This document shows positions 12,400 through 22,796 of a DNA stretch of 64,000 nt, piece after piece. This DNA is from an uncultured beta proteobacterium (lineage in GTDB: Bacteria > Pseudomonadota > Gammaproteobacteria > Burkholderiales > Casimicrobiaceae). Within the stretch, counting starts at the first letter, position 1. The number at the start of each line of letters is the position of its first letter. The notes beneath the pieces are model-generated. The model was not told the DNA's origin. It did no database searches and saw only the letters and a program-made list of their open reading frames with translations. The stretch spans positions 659 to 64,658 of the forward strand of contig CAVWKH010000008.1 in the NCBI GenBank assembly GCA_963755545.1. The letters are read 5' to 3'. Both the position numbers and the translations under genes were made by a program.

Positions 12400-13254
12400 T
12401 CAGTCATCATTAGCGAGCAGCCGCACGATGTAGCCGCCAGACTTCTCATCGCGTTCGAGCGCTATTGCGCCGCCCTTCTCCGCGGCTTCGAGCAGCGAAT
12501 TGAATGAACGAAAGCCGAAATACGACTCGTTGAATCCCGGCTTGCGCCGCTTCAGCGCCTGCTTGACCATCGAGCCCCAGATCTTTTCCTCGCCGCCGCG
12601 CTCGGTGGCGAGCGCTTCGAGCGTCTCCACGATGAGGTCGACCGCCTCCGCGCGCCGCTCGTCATCGCCCTTCTTCGCCGGCGCCTTCGCGTCGCCCGTA
12701 GCGGGCTTGGCCGCCGCTTTCGATTCGGCCGCGACCGCCGGCTTCGACACGGCGCGCCGCGCCGCCGGCCGCTTCTTTTCCCGCACCAGATCGTCGTAGA
12801 AGATGAATTCGTCGCAGTTGGCGATGAGCAGATCCGACGTGGAGTTCTTGACGCCGACGCCGATCACCACCTTGTTGTTCTCGCGCAGCTTCGAGACGAG
12901 CGGCGAGAAGTCCGAATCCCCGCTGATGATGACGAACGTCTGCACGTGCGCCTTGGTGTAGCAAAGATCGAGCGCATCGACAACCATGCGGATATCGGCG
13001 GAATTCTTCCCCGATTGGCGCACGTGAGGAATCTCGATCAGTTCGAAGGACGCCTCGTGCATCGGCGCCTTGAACGCCTTGTAGCGGTCCCAGTCGCAGT
13101 AAGCCTTCTTGACGACGATGCTCCCCTTGAGAAGCAGGCGCTCCAACACCTTGGCGATGTCGAATTTTTCGTAATTGGCATCTCGGACGCCGAGCGCGAT
13201 GTTCTCGAAATCGCAGAACAGCGCCATGTTGGTGACTTCAGGGGCATGGGCCAT
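12400..13254 (-). CDS. NYN (LabA/DUF88) domain protein with C-terminal OST-HTH/LOTUS domain
   Basis: ALFCDFENI, GKNSADIRMVVDA, SGDSDFSPL, CDEFIFYD; PGFNESYFGFRSFNSLLE. Confidence 0.92.
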   Translation of the reverse strand: MAHAPEVTNMALFCDFENIALGVRDANYEKFDIAKVLERLLLKGSIVVKKAYCDWDRYKAFKAPMHEASFELIEIPHVRQSGKNSADIRMVVDALDLCYTKAHVQTFVIISGDSDFSPLVSKLRENNKVVIGVGVKNSTSDLLIANCDEFIFYDDLVREKKRPAARRAVSKPAVAAESKAAAKPATGDAKAPAKKGDDERRAEAVDLIVETLEALATERGGEEKIWGSMVKQALKRRKPGFNESYFGFRSFNSLLEAAEKGGAIALERDEKSGGYIVRLLANDD

Positions 13255-13393
13255 GGGAAATCCGCTTAATCCTGGGAACGGAACCCGTCACGATACCAGT
13301 GTCGGGTACGTCTACGCGGTAGGTTACGGCGCCCGCAACCCCTTCCGGGCTAATATTGCGCCACGAACGTTCCAAATCACCGGCTTCGAAGTC

Positions 13394-14077
13394 ATGCCTC
13401 CTATCACTACTTCGCTACCCACGCTATCTCTGCTCGAGACCCGTGTCCTCGGCGTACTGGTCGAAAAGCAGCACACCGTTCCCGACACCTATCCGTTGAC
13501 GCTCAATTCGCTCGTGTCCGGCTGCAATCAGAAGACGAGCCGCGATCCGATTCTCAGCGCCACCGAAGCCGAGGTGCAGGCGGTGATCGATCACCTCGGC
13601 ACGCTGTCCCTCACCGTCGAATCGAGCGGTGGCCGGGTGATGCGCTACGCGCACAATGTGGGCCGCGTGCTCGCCATTCCCACGCAATCGGTGGCGCTGT
13701 TGGCAACCATGATGTTGCGCGGTCCGCAAACCACCGGCGAATTGCGCATCAACTGCGAACGCCTCCATCACTTCGCCGACATTTCCGCCGTCGAGGGCTT
13801 CCTGCACGAGCTGGCCGAGCGGGCGGCGGGGTCGCTGGTCGTGGAGCTGCCGCGCCAGCCGGGCGCGCGCGAAACGCGCTGGACGCACCTGCTGTGCGGC
13901 ACGCCTGCGTTGTCGGCAATGGCGCCGTCGACCATTGAAGGCGACGTTGTCACCGTATCGGAATTGGCGGCGTTGCGCGCCAACGTCAGCGAATTGCAAG
14001 TTGAACTCGAGGTTCTTCGCTCGACGGTGTCCAAGCTGTGCGCGGAGTTGGGCATCGCGCCTCCCGGGGCACAGTGA
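13394..14077 (+). CDS. YceH/DUF480 family protein
   Basis: RVLGVLVEKQHTVPDTYPLTLNSLVSGCNQKTSRDP; LRGPQTTGELR; PGARETRWTHLL. Confidence 0.92.
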   Translation: MPPITTSLPTLSLLETRVLGVLVEKQHTVPDTYPLTLNSLVSGCNQKTSRDPILSATEAEVQAVIDHLGTLSLTVESSGGRVMRYAHNVGRVLAIPTQSVALLATMMLRGPQTTGELRINCERLHHFADISAVEGFLHELAERAAGSLVVELPRQPGARETRWTHLLCGTPALSAMAPSTIEGDVVTVSELAALRANVSELQVELEVLRSTVSKLCAELGIAPPGAQ

Positions 14078-14130
14078 AAGCAATCAACCGCTGACATTGC
14101 TTATCCGTTTCGCGTAGGCGAGAATGTTCG

Positions 14131-14153
14131 TCCCGCCGCGTCGGCGGGAATTT
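14131..14153 (+). terminator. Probable intrinsic terminator after the YceH-like gene
   Basis: TCCCGCCG-cgt-CGGCGGGA followed by ATTT. Confidence 0.4.
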
Positions 14154-14184
14154 CCCTTCGACCTCTTTCCGGATCAATAACAAC

Positions 14185-14997
14185 ATGGAACTAACCAACT
14201 TCGTCGACAACGCCCGGCCTGTCGTCATTGCCTTCGGCCTCAAGGTAATCGGCGCGCTCGCGCTCTACATCATCGGCCGCTGGCTGATCGGCATCGTCGG
14301 CACGCTGGTGACCCGGTCGATGGAGCGGCAGAAGATCGAGCCGACGGTAGTTCGCTATGTCGCCAGCACGGTGAATGTGGCGCTCAACGTATTGCTGGTC
14401 GTCGGCATTCTTGGATACTTCGGCGTCGAGACGACGTCGTTCGCCGCATTGCTCGCGGCCGTCGGCATTGCGGTGGGTGCCGCGTGGTCGGGTCTGCTGG
14501 CCAATTTTGCGGCCGGTGCATTCATCCTCGTTCTGAGGCCATTCAAGGTGGGCGACTACGTGCTTGCCGGCGAGGTAGAGGGCACCGTCCGTTCGGTCGG
14601 CATGTTCACGACGGGCATCGACACGCCAGACAATGTGCTCACCACCGTCGGCAACGGCAAGATCATGGCGGGGACGATCAAGAATTTCTCGCACAATCCG
14701 TATCGCCGTGTCGACCTGACCGCGCAACTCGACCACACGGTCGACCCGCAGGACGCCGTCCGCCGCCTGAAGGACGCATTACCGAAGATCGCCAACGTGG
14801 TCGCCGAGCCCAAGCCCGACGTCGAGATCATCACGTTCACGGAACGCGGCCCGGTTCTCGCGGTGCGGCCCTACGTCCATACCGATCACTACTGGCAGGT
14901 GTATTTCGATACCAACAAGACCATTCGCGACACCTTCGGCGCGGCAGGGTATCCAGCGCCCGAAGCGCATGTATTCGTGCGGCAGAAATCGGCCTGA
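14185..14997 (+). CDS. mscS: Small-conductance mechanosensitive channel
   Basis: 3 TM; LANFAAGAFILVLRPFKVGDYV; IKNFSHNPYRRVDL. Confidence 0.93.
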   Translation: MELTNFVDNARPVVIAFGLKVIGALALYIIGRWLIGIVGTLVTRSMERQKIEPTVVRYVASTVNVALNVLLVVGILGYFGVETTSFAALLAAVGIAVGAAWSGLLANFAAGAFILVLRPFKVGDYVLAGEVEGTVRSVGMFTTGIDTPDNVLTTVGNGKIMAGTIKNFSHNPYRRVDLTAQLDHTVDPQDAVRRLKDALPKIANVVAEPKPDVEIITFTERGPVLAVRPYVHTDHYWQVYFDTNKTIRDTFGAAGYPAPEAHVFVRQKSA

Positions 14998-15001
14998 ACG
15001 A

Positions 15002-15026
15002 CGCGCGTCGCGTCAGGCGACGCGCG
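15002..15026 (+). terminator. Hairpin immediately after mscS
   Basis: CGCGCGTCGC-gtcag-GCGACGCGCG, perfect 10-bp stem; weak U-tract. Confidence 0.4.
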
Positions 15027-15060
15027 ACTTCGACGTTTCACTCCTGTAGCGAGGTGCACC

Positions 15061-15492
15061 ATGGGTATGCTCGACGGATTGCTCGGCAGCATGATGGGCG
15101 GGATGATGGGTGGCAACCAATCGGCGCAAGGCGCGGGTGGAGCGAACCCGATGATCCAGATGGCGCTGCAAATGCTGCAGCAAAATGGCGGCATCGAGGG
15201 CCTGCTCGCCAAATTCCAGCAGGCGGGCATGGGCCAGCAGGCGCAATCGTGGGTTGGCACCGGGCAGAACATGCCGATTTCCGCCGACGCGCTGTCCCAG
15301 ATTTTTGGCCAGGGTCAGATGGGGCAGATCGCGCAGCAGCTGGGCATGTCGCATGAAGAAGCCGCGGGTGGCCTCGCACAGGCGCTTCCCCACGTGGTCG
15401 ACCAGATGACGCCCAGCGGCGAGATTCCCGCGGAACATAACGACCTCGTGGCGCAGGCGCTGGCGATCCTTCAAAAGGGCCGGCAGGCCTGA
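15061..15492 (+). CDS. YidB/DUF937 family protein
   Basis: GGIEGLLAKFQQAGMG..SWVGTGQNMPIS; LPHVVDQMTPSG. Confidence 0.9.
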   Translation: MGMLDGLLGSMMGGMMGGNQSAQGAGGANPMIQMALQMLQQNGGIEGLLAKFQQAGMGQQAQSWVGTGQNMPISADALSQIFGQGQMGQIAQQLGMSHEEAAGGLAQALPHVVDQMTPSGEIPAEHNDLVAQALAILQKGRQA

Positions 15493-15505
15493 ACGGCGCG
15501 GACGG

Positions 15506-15967
15506 TCAGTCCTGCCGCCAGGGCAGGCCATCGACACGCCAGCCGTTGGCGACGCGCTGGCCCTGCGCGTTCTTGTCGCCTTCGAAGCCGTGCAGGATGT
15601 CGAACGCTGACGCGTAGCCATTCTCCGCCGCGAGCTTCGCCGCGTGCTTCGAGCGCACGCCGCTGCGACAGATGAACGCGACCGGCCGATCGGCGCCGGA
15701 CTGCTGCCGCAACTGTTGGAGAAAATCCTCGTTGCGCTTCTTGGCCGGGTAGTCGTACCACTCGATGGCAATGCTCCCCGGAACATAGCCAATCAGGTCG
15801 CGCTCGGCGCGCGTGCGCGTGTCCACCAGCGCCATCTCGCCCGCATCGATCAGCGCCCAGGCTTCCGCGGGCGTGAGGAAGCCGCGGAACGGAACACCTT
15901 CTGCCTTCGCCCGCGCTTCCGCCCGTGCCAGGATCGCGGCGTGATCTGTCACATCTTCGGTTGGCAT
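15506..15967 (-). CDS. Rhodanese-like domain protein
   Basis: LVDTRTRAE, GYVPGS, FICRSGVRS active-site loop, GFEGD, GWRVDGLPW. Confidence 0.9.
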   Translation of the reverse strand: MPTEDVTDHAAILARAEARAKAEGVPFRGFLTPAEAWALIDAGEMALVDTRTRAERDLIGYVPGSIAIEWYDYPAKKRNEDFLQQLRQQSGADRPVAFICRSGVRSKHAAKLAAENGYASAFDILHGFEGDKNAQGQRVANGWRVDGLPWRQD

Positions 15968-16142
15968 GCGAAATCTCCGGATATCCGATCGTGCTGCATG
16001 AGGGATTCTAACCACCTTCGATCTCCGACGGCGGCCCGCGGGATCGGATGTCGCCGGCGCAGGCCAGCGCGGATATGCGACAATCCGCCGCGATAGTCGT
16101 TGTCTCGCCCCTCCGCGCTCATGGCGCGCCTGCGGATCCGCG

Positions 16143-16973
16143 TTGGAACATCCCACTCTACTCGTCGCGCTGTTGTTGGGCCTCGTCGAAGGCCTCACGG
16201 AATTTCTTCCGATCTCCTCAACCGGCCACCTGATTGTCGCCGGGTCGCTGCTCGGCTATACGGGAGAACAGGCCAAGGTCTTCGAAATCGTCATCCAGGC
16301 CGGCGCGATCCTCGCCGTGTGCTGGGAATTCCGGGTGAGGCTCTGGGCGGTGGCGCGGGGTTTTGGCCGCGACGCGCGCGCCAACCGCTTCGTCCTCAAC
16401 CTGTTCGTCGCATTCCTTCCCGCAGCCATTCTCGGTCTCGCATTCAGCAATCTGATCAAGGCGGCGCTGTTCGCTCCGGTTCCGGTGGCGTGCGCGTTCG
16501 TCCTGGGCGCATTCGTGATCCTGTGGGCCGAGCGGCGGCAACGCCTGCATCCGGAAAGCGTGCGCATCGACGACGTGGACGCAATGCGCTGGACCGACGC
16601 GCTCAAGGTCGGTTGCGCGCAGGCGCTGGCGCTCATCCCCGGTACGTCGCGCTCCGGCGCCACGATCATCGGCGGAATGCTGTTCGGCATGTCGCGCAAG
16701 GCGGCCACCGAGTTCTCGTTTTTCCTGGCCATTCCGACGCTCCTGGCGGCGTGCGTGTACGAAGCCGTGAAGAACCGGCATTTGCTCGCCGTTGCCGACC
16801 TTCCCGCATTCGGCGTCGGCTTCGCCGCAGCATTCGTTTCCGCATTCCTGTGCGTGCGCTGGCTGCTGCGCTACGTCAGCCACCACGATTTCACGCCATT
16901 CGCCTGGTACCGCATCGCGTTCGGCATCGTGATCCTCGCGACGGCCGCGACCGGCTGGGTCAGCTGGAGTTGA
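16143..16973 (+). CDS. uppP: Undecaprenyl-diphosphate phosphatase (BacA)
   Basis: [17 protein letters not shown]; [11 protein letters not shown]; [11 protein letters not shown]. Confidence 0.96.
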   Translation: MEHPTLLVALLLGLVEGLTEFLPISSTGHLIVAGSLLGYTGEQAKVFEIVIQAGAILAVCWEFRVRLWAVARGFGRDARANRFVLNLFVAFLPAAILGLAFSNLIKAALFAPVPVACAFVLGAFVILWAERRQRLHPESVRIDDVDAMRWTDALKVGCAQALALIPGTSRSGATIIGGMLFGMSRKAATEFSFFLAIPTLLAACVYEAVKNRHLLAVADLPAFGVGFAAAFVSAFLCVRWLLRYVSHHDFTPFAWYRIAFGIVILATAATGWVSWS

Positions 16974-17927
16974 GGCCCCTGACGCCACCTGACCCAACGA
17001 CGCCATCGCACCGCTGGATCGGTCCTTTGTGCGCCGTCTTCGGTGTGCTCGGTTTTTCGTTCAAGGCGATCCTGATCAAGCTCGCGTACCGATCCTACCC
17101 GGTCGACGCGATCACGCTGTTGACGCTGCGGATGCTCTATTCGGCGCCGCTGTTCATGCTGATGGCCGCGTGGGCGCAGCGTGGAGCGCGCGCCGCGCCG
17201 ACCTCCCGCGCGGACTGGCTGCGGCTGGTCTGGCTCGGGTGCATCGGTTACTACCTCGCGAGCCTGCTGGATTTCATGGGATTGCAGTACATCACAGCGT
17301 CTCTCGAGCGTCTGGTGCTGTTCCTGTACCCGACGATCGTCGTGCTGCTCTCGGCACTCATGCTGAAGAAACCGATCACCCGCCGCGCGGTCGTTGCGCT
17401 GGTGTTGTCGTACGCAGGCATCGCGCTGGTGTTCTGGCACGATCTCAGACTTACCACGGACGGGGGCGCCACGCTGGCCGGCGGCGGGCTGGTCTTCGCC
17501 AGCGCAATCCTCTATGCGCTGTATCTCGTTCAGGCGGGCGGCGTGATCGCGCGCCTGGGATCGTCACGTTTCATTTCGTGGGCGATGCTGGCATCGACGG
17601 TATTCATCGTCATCCAGTTCCTGCTCACGCGTCCGCTGTCGGCGCTCGCGGTGCCGGGCTATATTCACGCGCTGTCGGTTGCGATGGCGATTTTTTCGAC
17701 GGTGCTGCCGACGTGGCTCATCGCGGAATCCATCCGCCGCATGGGCGCCAATTCGGCATCACTGGTCGGGTCGCTGGGGCCGGTTTTCACCATCGGCATG
17801 GGCGCGATGATCCTGGGCGAGACCGTGCACGCGATCCAGCTTGCAGGCGCGGCGCTGGTGCTGGGCGGCGTCATGCTCGTGACGATGAAACCACGCGCTG
17901 CCGCGACGGCCGACGCGCCCGGTCTGA
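16970..17927 (+). CDS. DMT/EamA family transporter (probable extra C at ~17920 hides the stop)
   Basis: About 10 TM; [31 protein letters not shown]; removing one C gives ...DAPV* at 17925-17927. Confidence 0.85.
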
Positions 17928-17947
17928 TCCGCCCGACGCGCGCCGCT

Positions 17948-18304
17948 TTACTCGCGATTCAGAACGTTGCGACAGGCGTGTTCAGAGGCGACGGTGCGAC
18001 CGGCGCGCGCGCCGACTTCTGCGCCTGCATTCCGGGCGCCTTCGATAGCCCCATTGGGCGCCATCTTCGACGACGGCTGTACAGGCGAAGAATTGCCTGG
18101 CTGGGCGGCGCCAACCTTGGGAGACTCGACACGTGCGGGGTGAAGCATCTGGTACGTCGGCGACGCTTCCGTCGCAGCGCCCGTCGTATACGCCGACTTG
18201 CCGGCAACCAGCGCCAACATGCCGACCGCGGCGACGACCGCCAACGCCTTGAGCGCGGCGGCCAAGCCGTGCTCGGGATCGTCATCAGGGGTGGTTCTGC
18301 GCAT
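17948..18304 (-). CDS. Hypothetical protein with a single N-terminal TM or signal segment
   Basis: GGAAGGAG RBS, ATG at 18304, hydrophobic ALAVVAAVGMLALVAG, low-complexity tail. Confidence 0.55.
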   Translation of the reverse strand: MRRTTPDDDPEHGLAAALKALAVVAAVGMLALVAGKSAYTTGAATEASPTYQMLHPARVESPKVGAAQPGNSSPVQPSSKMAPNGAIEGARNAGAEVGARAGRTVASEHACRNVLNRE

Positions 18305-18491
18305 TCTTGAATCTCCTTCCGGTTTCGCTTGGGACCAGCAGGCGAGGAATCCGGAGACTCCGTCAGGCACTGCCGATGGAGCCCAGTCTAGGCAAGGTGA
18401 GCCCTGCGGGCATGGGAGCAATCGCAGGCGTCCGGGGGGAATATTCGCCCAACATCGACTTCCGGCGGAGGACGCCGGGCATTGCCGGCCG

Positions 18492-19139
18492 CTACCAGCC
18501 GGTCGGGAGCTTGCGCAGGATCGAAATGGTGCGGTCCTCGACGGCAAGATAGCCGCCGGCGACCAGGTCCTTCATCAGCTTGCCGATCATGTCGCGCGAA
18601 GCGCCTACGCGATCGGCAATATCCTGCTGCGTGAGCTTTTCGTGCACGACGTGCTTGCCGTCCGCTTCGGTGGCCAGTGCATTGAGCAGGCGCGCCAAAC
18701 GCCCGTAGACATCCGACAGCGCCAGACTCTTCACATTTTCCGTGGTCACCCTGACGCGATGAATCAGCTTCTCGATCAGGTACATCGCGAATTCCGGATG
18801 TGCCAGGATGAAGTCCCGGAACTGCGCGCGATTGACGATCGCGCAGGTGGTCGGCTCGACCGTCATCACCGACGCGGAGCGCGGCGAGCCGTCCAGCGAC
18901 ATCTCACCTATGCATTCCCCCGGGCCGTGGAAATCGATGACGACTTCGCGCCCCGCCGCGTTGCTCGCGTAGATCTTCACGCGACCGACCAGGATGATGT
19001 AGAGCGCATCGCCGGTGTCGCCGTCATGGATCAGAACCGTCTGCTTCGGAAACTGGCGCACGACGCCGGTGGCGGCAATTGCGCGCAGCGTTTCTTCCGC
19101 GAGCGGCGCGAACGGATCGGGAGAGGTTGGAGCGTTCAC
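18492..19139 (-). CDS. Crp/Fnr family regulator with cNMP-binding domain
   Basis: GECIGEMSLDGSPRSASV cNMP motif; LTQQDIADRVGASRDMIGK HTH; start uncertain (19139 or 19160). Confidence 0.92.
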   Translation of the reverse strand: MNAPTSPDPFAPLAEETLRAIAATGVVRQFPKQTVLIHDGDTGDALYIILVGRVKIYASNAAGREVVIDFHGPGECIGEMSLDGSPRSASVMTVEPTTCAIVNRAQFRDFILAHPEFAMYLIEKLIHRVRVTTENVKSLALSDVYGRLARLLNALATEADGKHVVHEKLTQQDIADRVGASRDMIGKLMKDLVAGGYLAVEDRTISILRKLPTGW

Positions 19140-19226
19140 GGCATTGTGATCCTCGAGCAACGCGGGAATCGTAGCACGCGCCCGGCGGGCCGGCCTCGAC
19201 CCTACGACGAATGCCGTGGCGGACTG

Positions 19227-20478
19227 CTACGCGAACTTGCGTGTGTCGTCGATGACCTTGCCGTCATTGGCAAGCTCGCCGGGCCGCCTGAACACGACGT
19301 CGCCACGCAGTTTGGTGACGTCACGGATCGCGGTACGGATCGCCTCGACCACCGCGGGGTCATCCTTTGACGCGAGCGACGCTGTCTCGACGTGCAATGT
19401 CATGCGATCGTTGCCGTCGGGATTGTCGACGATGAGCCGCGCGCGCTGAATCTCAGGAAAGCGGCGAAGGATCGCCGCGACCTGCTCGGGATGCACGAAC
19501 ATCCCTTTGACCTTGGTCGTCTGGTCGGCGCGGCCCATCCACCCCTTGATTCGCATGTTGGTGCGGCCGCAGGGCGAAAGCCCGGGCAGCAGCGCGGACA
19601 GGTCGCCCGTGCCGAAGCGGATCAGCGGATAGTCGCTGTTGTACAGCGAAGTCACCACGACTTCGCCGACTTCGCCCGGTGCCACCGGGTCGCCGGTACC
19701 TGGACGCACGATCTCGACGATCACGCCCTCGTCGACAACCAGGCCGTCGCGCGCCTTCGTTTCATACGCAATCGTGCCCAGGTCCGCTGTCGCATAGGCC
19801 TGGTAGGCGAGTATTCCGCGCGCGGCCAGCGCGTCGCGCGCGCTGGGCAGGAACGCTTCACCGGAAACCAGCGCCTTGCGAAGAGAAGGCAACAACACCG
19901 CATGTTCGTCCGCGTGCTCGAGAATGATCCGCAGGAACGACGGCGTGCCGACGTACCCCGCGGGTCGCAACTCGGCCATCGCCTGAACCTGCTGCTCGGT
20001 CTGGCCGATGCCACCGGGAAATACCGTACATCCCAGCGCATGCGCGCCGGTTTCGAGCATCGAGCCCGCCGGCGTGAAGTGGTAGGAAAAACAGTTGTGG
20101 ATGAGGTCGCCTGCGCGAAACCCTGCGGCAAACAAAGCCCGCGCCAGTCGCCAGTAGTCAGGCCGTGCGCCTTCAGGCTCGTAGATCGGACCGGGCGACG
20201 CGAACACGCGCCGCGCGACACCCCAGGCAGCCGTGGCCAGGCCGCCGAACGGCCGCTCGCACCTTTTGCATTTCCAGCAGCGCGGACTTGCGCGTCACCG
20301 GCAGGCGGGCAAGCGCGTCGCGCGAATTCACTGCGGCGGCGTCGACGCCCGCGAGTATCTTCGCGAAGGCGCTGGAGGCGGCCTGCGCGTAGGCGACCTG
20401 ACGCGGCAAATCGGCGAACTGCATGCGCTCGCGCAGCGCGGGGTCGCGGGTTTCCAGCGAGTCGAAATGCTCAGCCAC
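19227..20478 (-). CDS. Phenylacetate-CoA ligase (PaaK-like) family protein, frameshift at ~20262
   Basis: LARLPVTRKS | RPFGG..FASPGPIYEP; YATADLG, IRFGTGDLS, GRADQTTKVKGMFVHP. Confidence 0.88.
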
Positions 20479-20499
20479 CGTGGGCCACGCTTCCCGGCG

Positions 20500-21336
20500 C
20501 TAGGACAGCCAGCGCTTGCGGCGGCGGTAGTGCTTCACGTCGCGGAACGACTTGCGGCCGCCCGACGAGAGCCCGAGATAGAACTCCTTCACGTCTTCGT
20601 TCGCCGACAGTTCCTTGGCCTCCCCGTCCATCACGACGCGGCCGTTCTCGAGGATGTAGCCATAGTTGGCGAAGCGCAGCGCCACCATCGTGTTCTGTTC
20701 CGCGAGCAGGAACGACACGCCTTCCTTGGTGTTCAAGTCGCGGACGATTTCGAAGATTTCCTCGACGATCTGCGGCGCAAGCCCCATCGACGGCTCGTCC
20801 AGCAGGATCATCGACGGGTGCGCCATCAGCGCGCGGCCGACTGCGGTCATCTGCTGTTCGCCACCGGACGTGTAGCCCGACTGGCTCGACCTGCGGGTCT
20901 TGAGGCGCGGAAAATAGTGATAGACCTTTTCCAGCGCCGTGGCGATTTCGGCACGCGGAACCTTGCGCGTGAACGCGCCGGTGAGCAGGTTTTCCTCGAC
21001 GGTGAGGTGCGCAAAGCAATGCCGCCCCTCCATCACCTGGCACACGCCCATGCGCACCAGGTCGTTGGTGGTCAGGCGATCGACGCGCTGGCCGTCAAGC
21101 TCGATGGTGCCCTTCGTCACTTCGCCGCGCTCGGCCCGGAGCAGGTTCGAGATCGACTTCAGCGTCGTGCTCTTGCCCGCGCCGTTGGCGCCCAGCAACG
21201 CCACGATGCTGCCGCGCGGCACCTCCAGTGACACCCCTTTCAACACGAGGATCACATGGTCGTAGATCACCTCGATGTTGTTCACCGAGAGATACGACTT
21301 GTGAGGCGCCGCTTGCGCGGCAGCGGACGCGGACAT
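20500..21336 (-). CDS. ABC transporter ATP-binding protein (LivF-like)
   Basis: GANGAGKST, SGGEQQM, ILLDEPSMGLAP. Confidence 0.93.
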   Translation of the reverse strand: MSASAAAQAAPHKSYLSVNNIEVIYDHVILVLKGVSLEVPRGSIVALLGANGAGKSTTLKSISNLLRAERGEVTKGTIELDGQRVDRLTTNDLVRMGVCQVMEGRHCFAHLTVEENLLTGAFTRKVPRAEIATALEKVYHYFPRLKTRRSSQSGYTSGGEQQMTAVGRALMAHPSMILLDEPSMGLAPQIVEEIFEIVRDLNTKEGVSFLLAEQNTMVALRFANYGYILENGRVVMDGEAKELSANEDVKEFYLGLSSGGRKSFRDVKHYRRRKRWLS

Positions 21337-21345
21337 GACGCCCTT

Positions 21346-22659
21346 CTAGTTTTCCTTGCTGCAATCGCGCGGCGTGATCTTCTTTTCCGCAGCGTATTTG
21401 GCCGCGGTTTCCTCGACCATCTTGCGCACCATTTCGCGGTCTCCGGCCATGAACGGCGTGACCTGCTTGAAGCCGTTGCCGTCCCACATCTGGAATTTCA
21501 CCATGCCGGAGCCTTCGTGATCCGCGCAGCTCGTCTTGATCGCGGGGAAGAGTCCGGGCGCGCCTAGTTCCTTGATGCGGGCATCGGTCAGGTTGAGGTG
21601 CTCCAGGCCCCACCGCACCTGCTCGGCCGTCATGACCTTGCCTTTGCCGTACTTGGCCTGGGCGACGCGCAGCGCCTCGGTAAGGATCATTCCGTAAACG
21701 ACGCCACGCGTGTACATCACGTTGCCCAGGCGCGATGGATCCTCGAGATTGCCCTTGCCCGCGCCATAGACCTTGGTCTTGATCTCCTGCATCACCGGGA
21801 AATTGGTGCCGGACGCAGTGAACGAGGCGCTCACATAACCCTTGGACGCTTCAGCGGCGGGGACAACGTCCTCCTCCGAGCCGGCCCACCACACGCCGAG
21901 CAATTTGTCGCGCGGGAAGCCGGTCTTCGCGGCGGTCTTGAGCGAGACGGTGCTCATTACGCCATACGTCCACATGATCACGTAGTCGGGCTTGGCCTGG
22001 CGGATCTGCAGCCATTGCGACTCCTGTGTCGTGCCGGGTGGCGTGACGGGAATCTTGATCGTCTCGAAGCCGAGCTTGGCCGACAGCGCGTCGAGCACCG
22101 GGATGGGCTCCTTGCCGTACGCCGACTCGTGGTACAGGAACGCGATCTTCTTGCCCTTCAGTTTGTCGAGTCCGCCCGACTTCTGCCCGAGGTAGGCAAT
22201 CATCGCCGCCATCTGGTCCCAGTAGGTCGTGCCGAGGGGAAACACCCAGTCGTAGACGCGTCCGTCTGCGGCGCTGGCAAGGCCATAGCCGAAAGTCGTC
22301 AAAGGAATCTTGTCCTGCGCTACGCGCTCGAACAGCCCGTAGGCGATGCCGGTGGCAAGCGGCTCGAAGGATGTCGCGCCGCCGTTCTTCTTCTTCAGGC
22401 GCTCGTAGCATTCAACGCCCTTGGAAGGGTTGTATTCGGTCTCGCATTCCTCCCACTTGAGCTTCACGCCGTTGATGCCGCCGTTCATGTTCACCAGCGT
22501 GAAGTAATCGATGGCGCCACCGTAGTAGCCGGAACCGCCGGCGGCATACGGACCCACGCGATAGGAAAGAATCGGAATGAACTGCTCGTTCTGTGCCGTG
22601 GCCACTGAAGCCGCCGCGAACAGCGCTGCGCCCAGAAGCGCCGCCTTTATTGCCTTCAT
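21346..22659 (-). CDS. ABC transporter substrate-binding protein (LivJ/PBP type 1)
   Basis: Signal peptide MKAIKAALLG..; GGINGVKL, ECETEYN, SCADHEG; GGAGGAG RBS. Confidence 0.9.
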   Translation of the reverse strand: MKAIKAALLGAALFAAASVATAQNEQFIPILSYRVGPYAAGGSGYYGGAIDYFTLVNMNGGINGVKLKWEECETEYNPSKGVECYERLKKKNGGATSFEPLATGIAYGLFERVAQDKIPLTTFGYGLASAADGRVYDWVFPLGTTYWDQMAAMIAYLGQKSGGLDKLKGKKIAFLYHESAYGKEPIPVLDALSAKLGFETIKIPVTPPGTTQESQWLQIRQAKPDYVIMWTYGVMSTVSLKTAAKTGFPRDKLLGVWWAGSEEDVVPAAEASKGYVSASFTASGTNFPVMQEIKTKVYGAGKGNLEDPSRLGNVMYTRGVVYGMILTEALRVAQAKYGKGKVMTAEQVRWGLEHLNLTDARIKELGAPGLFPAIKTSCADHEGSGMVKFQMWDGNGFKQVTPFMAGDREMVRKMVEETAAKYAAEKKITPRDCSKEN

Positions 22660-22796
22660 GTCGCTACTCCTCCAGAAGAATATGCAAACTCGCCGGACTC
22701 TGCCTGACCAACGCGCAACACCCGGGCTGGCGGGTCCGATCAACCGCAATACTACCTTTCCGGACCGCGTCGTGCCCCGCAAACTGCAAATCGAAG

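Noticed and set aside
12400-13254. NYN ribonuclease as a defence or toxin gene
   Set aside because: Ordinary LabA/DUF88-LOTUS architecture among housekeeping genes, with no partner gene or mobile context.
16100-18310. 736-aa ORF spanning uppP, the DMT gene and an antisense gene
   Set aside because: Only the DMT part is protein-like; the 5' part is an alternative frame of uppP and the 3' part results from a probable extra C at ~17920.
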